DNA from: Mobula hypostoma | Taxonomy: Eukaryota | Length of the DNA: 64,000 nt | Assembly (NCBI RefSeq): GCF_963921235.1 | Contig: NC_086108.1 | Location: forward strand, 90,708,001 to 90,772,000 | Reading direction: 5' to 3' | Shown: one piece after another, positions 63,629-64,000 of the stretch | How positions within the stretch are numbered: position 1 is the first letter of the stretch | How the letters are laid out: each line of letters starts with the position of its first letter | Notes under the pieces: generated by a model | Database searches by the model: none | What the model was told of the DNA's origin: nothing | The model's input: the letters and a program-made list of their open reading frames with translations, nothing else | Translations under genes and position numbers: made by a program

Positions 63629-63937
63629 ATAATAATAGGCATCCGTTAGTCTTGTGAGACCATGGATTTGCGCCTTGGAAGGTTTCCAGGATGCAGGCCT
63701 GGGCAAGGTTGTATGGAAGACCGGCAGTTACCCATGCTGCAAGTCTCCCCTCTCCATGCCACCGATGTTGTTCAAGGGAAGGGCACTAGGGCCGATACAG
63801 CTTGGCACTGGTGTCATCGCAGAGCAATGCGTGGTTAAGTGCCGTGCTCAAGAACACAACACGTTGCCTCAGCTAAGGCTCGAACTAGCGACCTTCAGAT
63901 CACTAGACTGATGTCTTAACCACTTGGCCACGCGCCA
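63629..63937 (-). mobile_element. tRNA-derived SINE with CORE-like central part and (TAT)n tail
   Basis: Minus strand: ggcgcgTGGCCAAGTGGttaag (A box), aGTTCGAGCC (B box), gtgttgtgttcttgagcacggcacttaacc (CORE-like), ending gactaacggatgcctattatta. Confidence 0.75.
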
Positions 63938-64000
63938 ACACACTTGTACTATAGAACATAGAAATCTACAGCACTTTACAGGCCCTTCGGCCCATAATGT

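Noticed and set aside
63865..63937. tRNA-like sequence on the minus strand
   Set aside because: It continues directly into a SINE body and tail, so it is a SINE head and not a tRNA gene.
51446..64000. Search for DPYD exon 12 (and exon 6 upstream of 11153) or a nested gene
   Set aside because: No matching peptide with splice sites found by eye; those exons probably lie outside the window, and the remaining short ORFs lack recognisable domains.

Overview
Eukaryotic, AT-rich, repeat-dense vertebrate DNA. The V-SINE (HE1-like), CR1 (HER1-like), Rex1 and Penelope repeat content suggests a cartilaginous fish, probably a ray; this is inference. The whole window lies inside the DPYD (dihydropyrimidine dehydrogenase) gene on the + strand. 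Five GT-AG exons of 82, 88, 108, 170 and 211 nt correspond to human exons 7-11 and splice into one open frame covering part of the FAD/NADPH-binding region. Nearly all other ORFs in the track are transposon remnants or noise. The introns hold a young CR1 LINE with an intact RT ORF, Rex1, RTE and Gypsy fragments, a solo LTR, Tigger/pogo, Tc1-like and Chapaev3-like DNA transposons, a 79-bp hAT MITE family and a ~1-kb polypyrimidine tract. The most interesting signal is non-coding: Penelope-like (PLE) terminal repeats carrying a minimal type I hammerhead ribozyme (AGUC-CUGANGA-A-GGGU/CUCG/GCCC-GAAACGUC^GACU) in about a dozen copies, three intact. Several copies form short, mostly palindromic, protein-less insertions with 12-16 bp target-site duplications, including a near-perfect ~650-bp palindrome about 490 nt upstream of exon 10.
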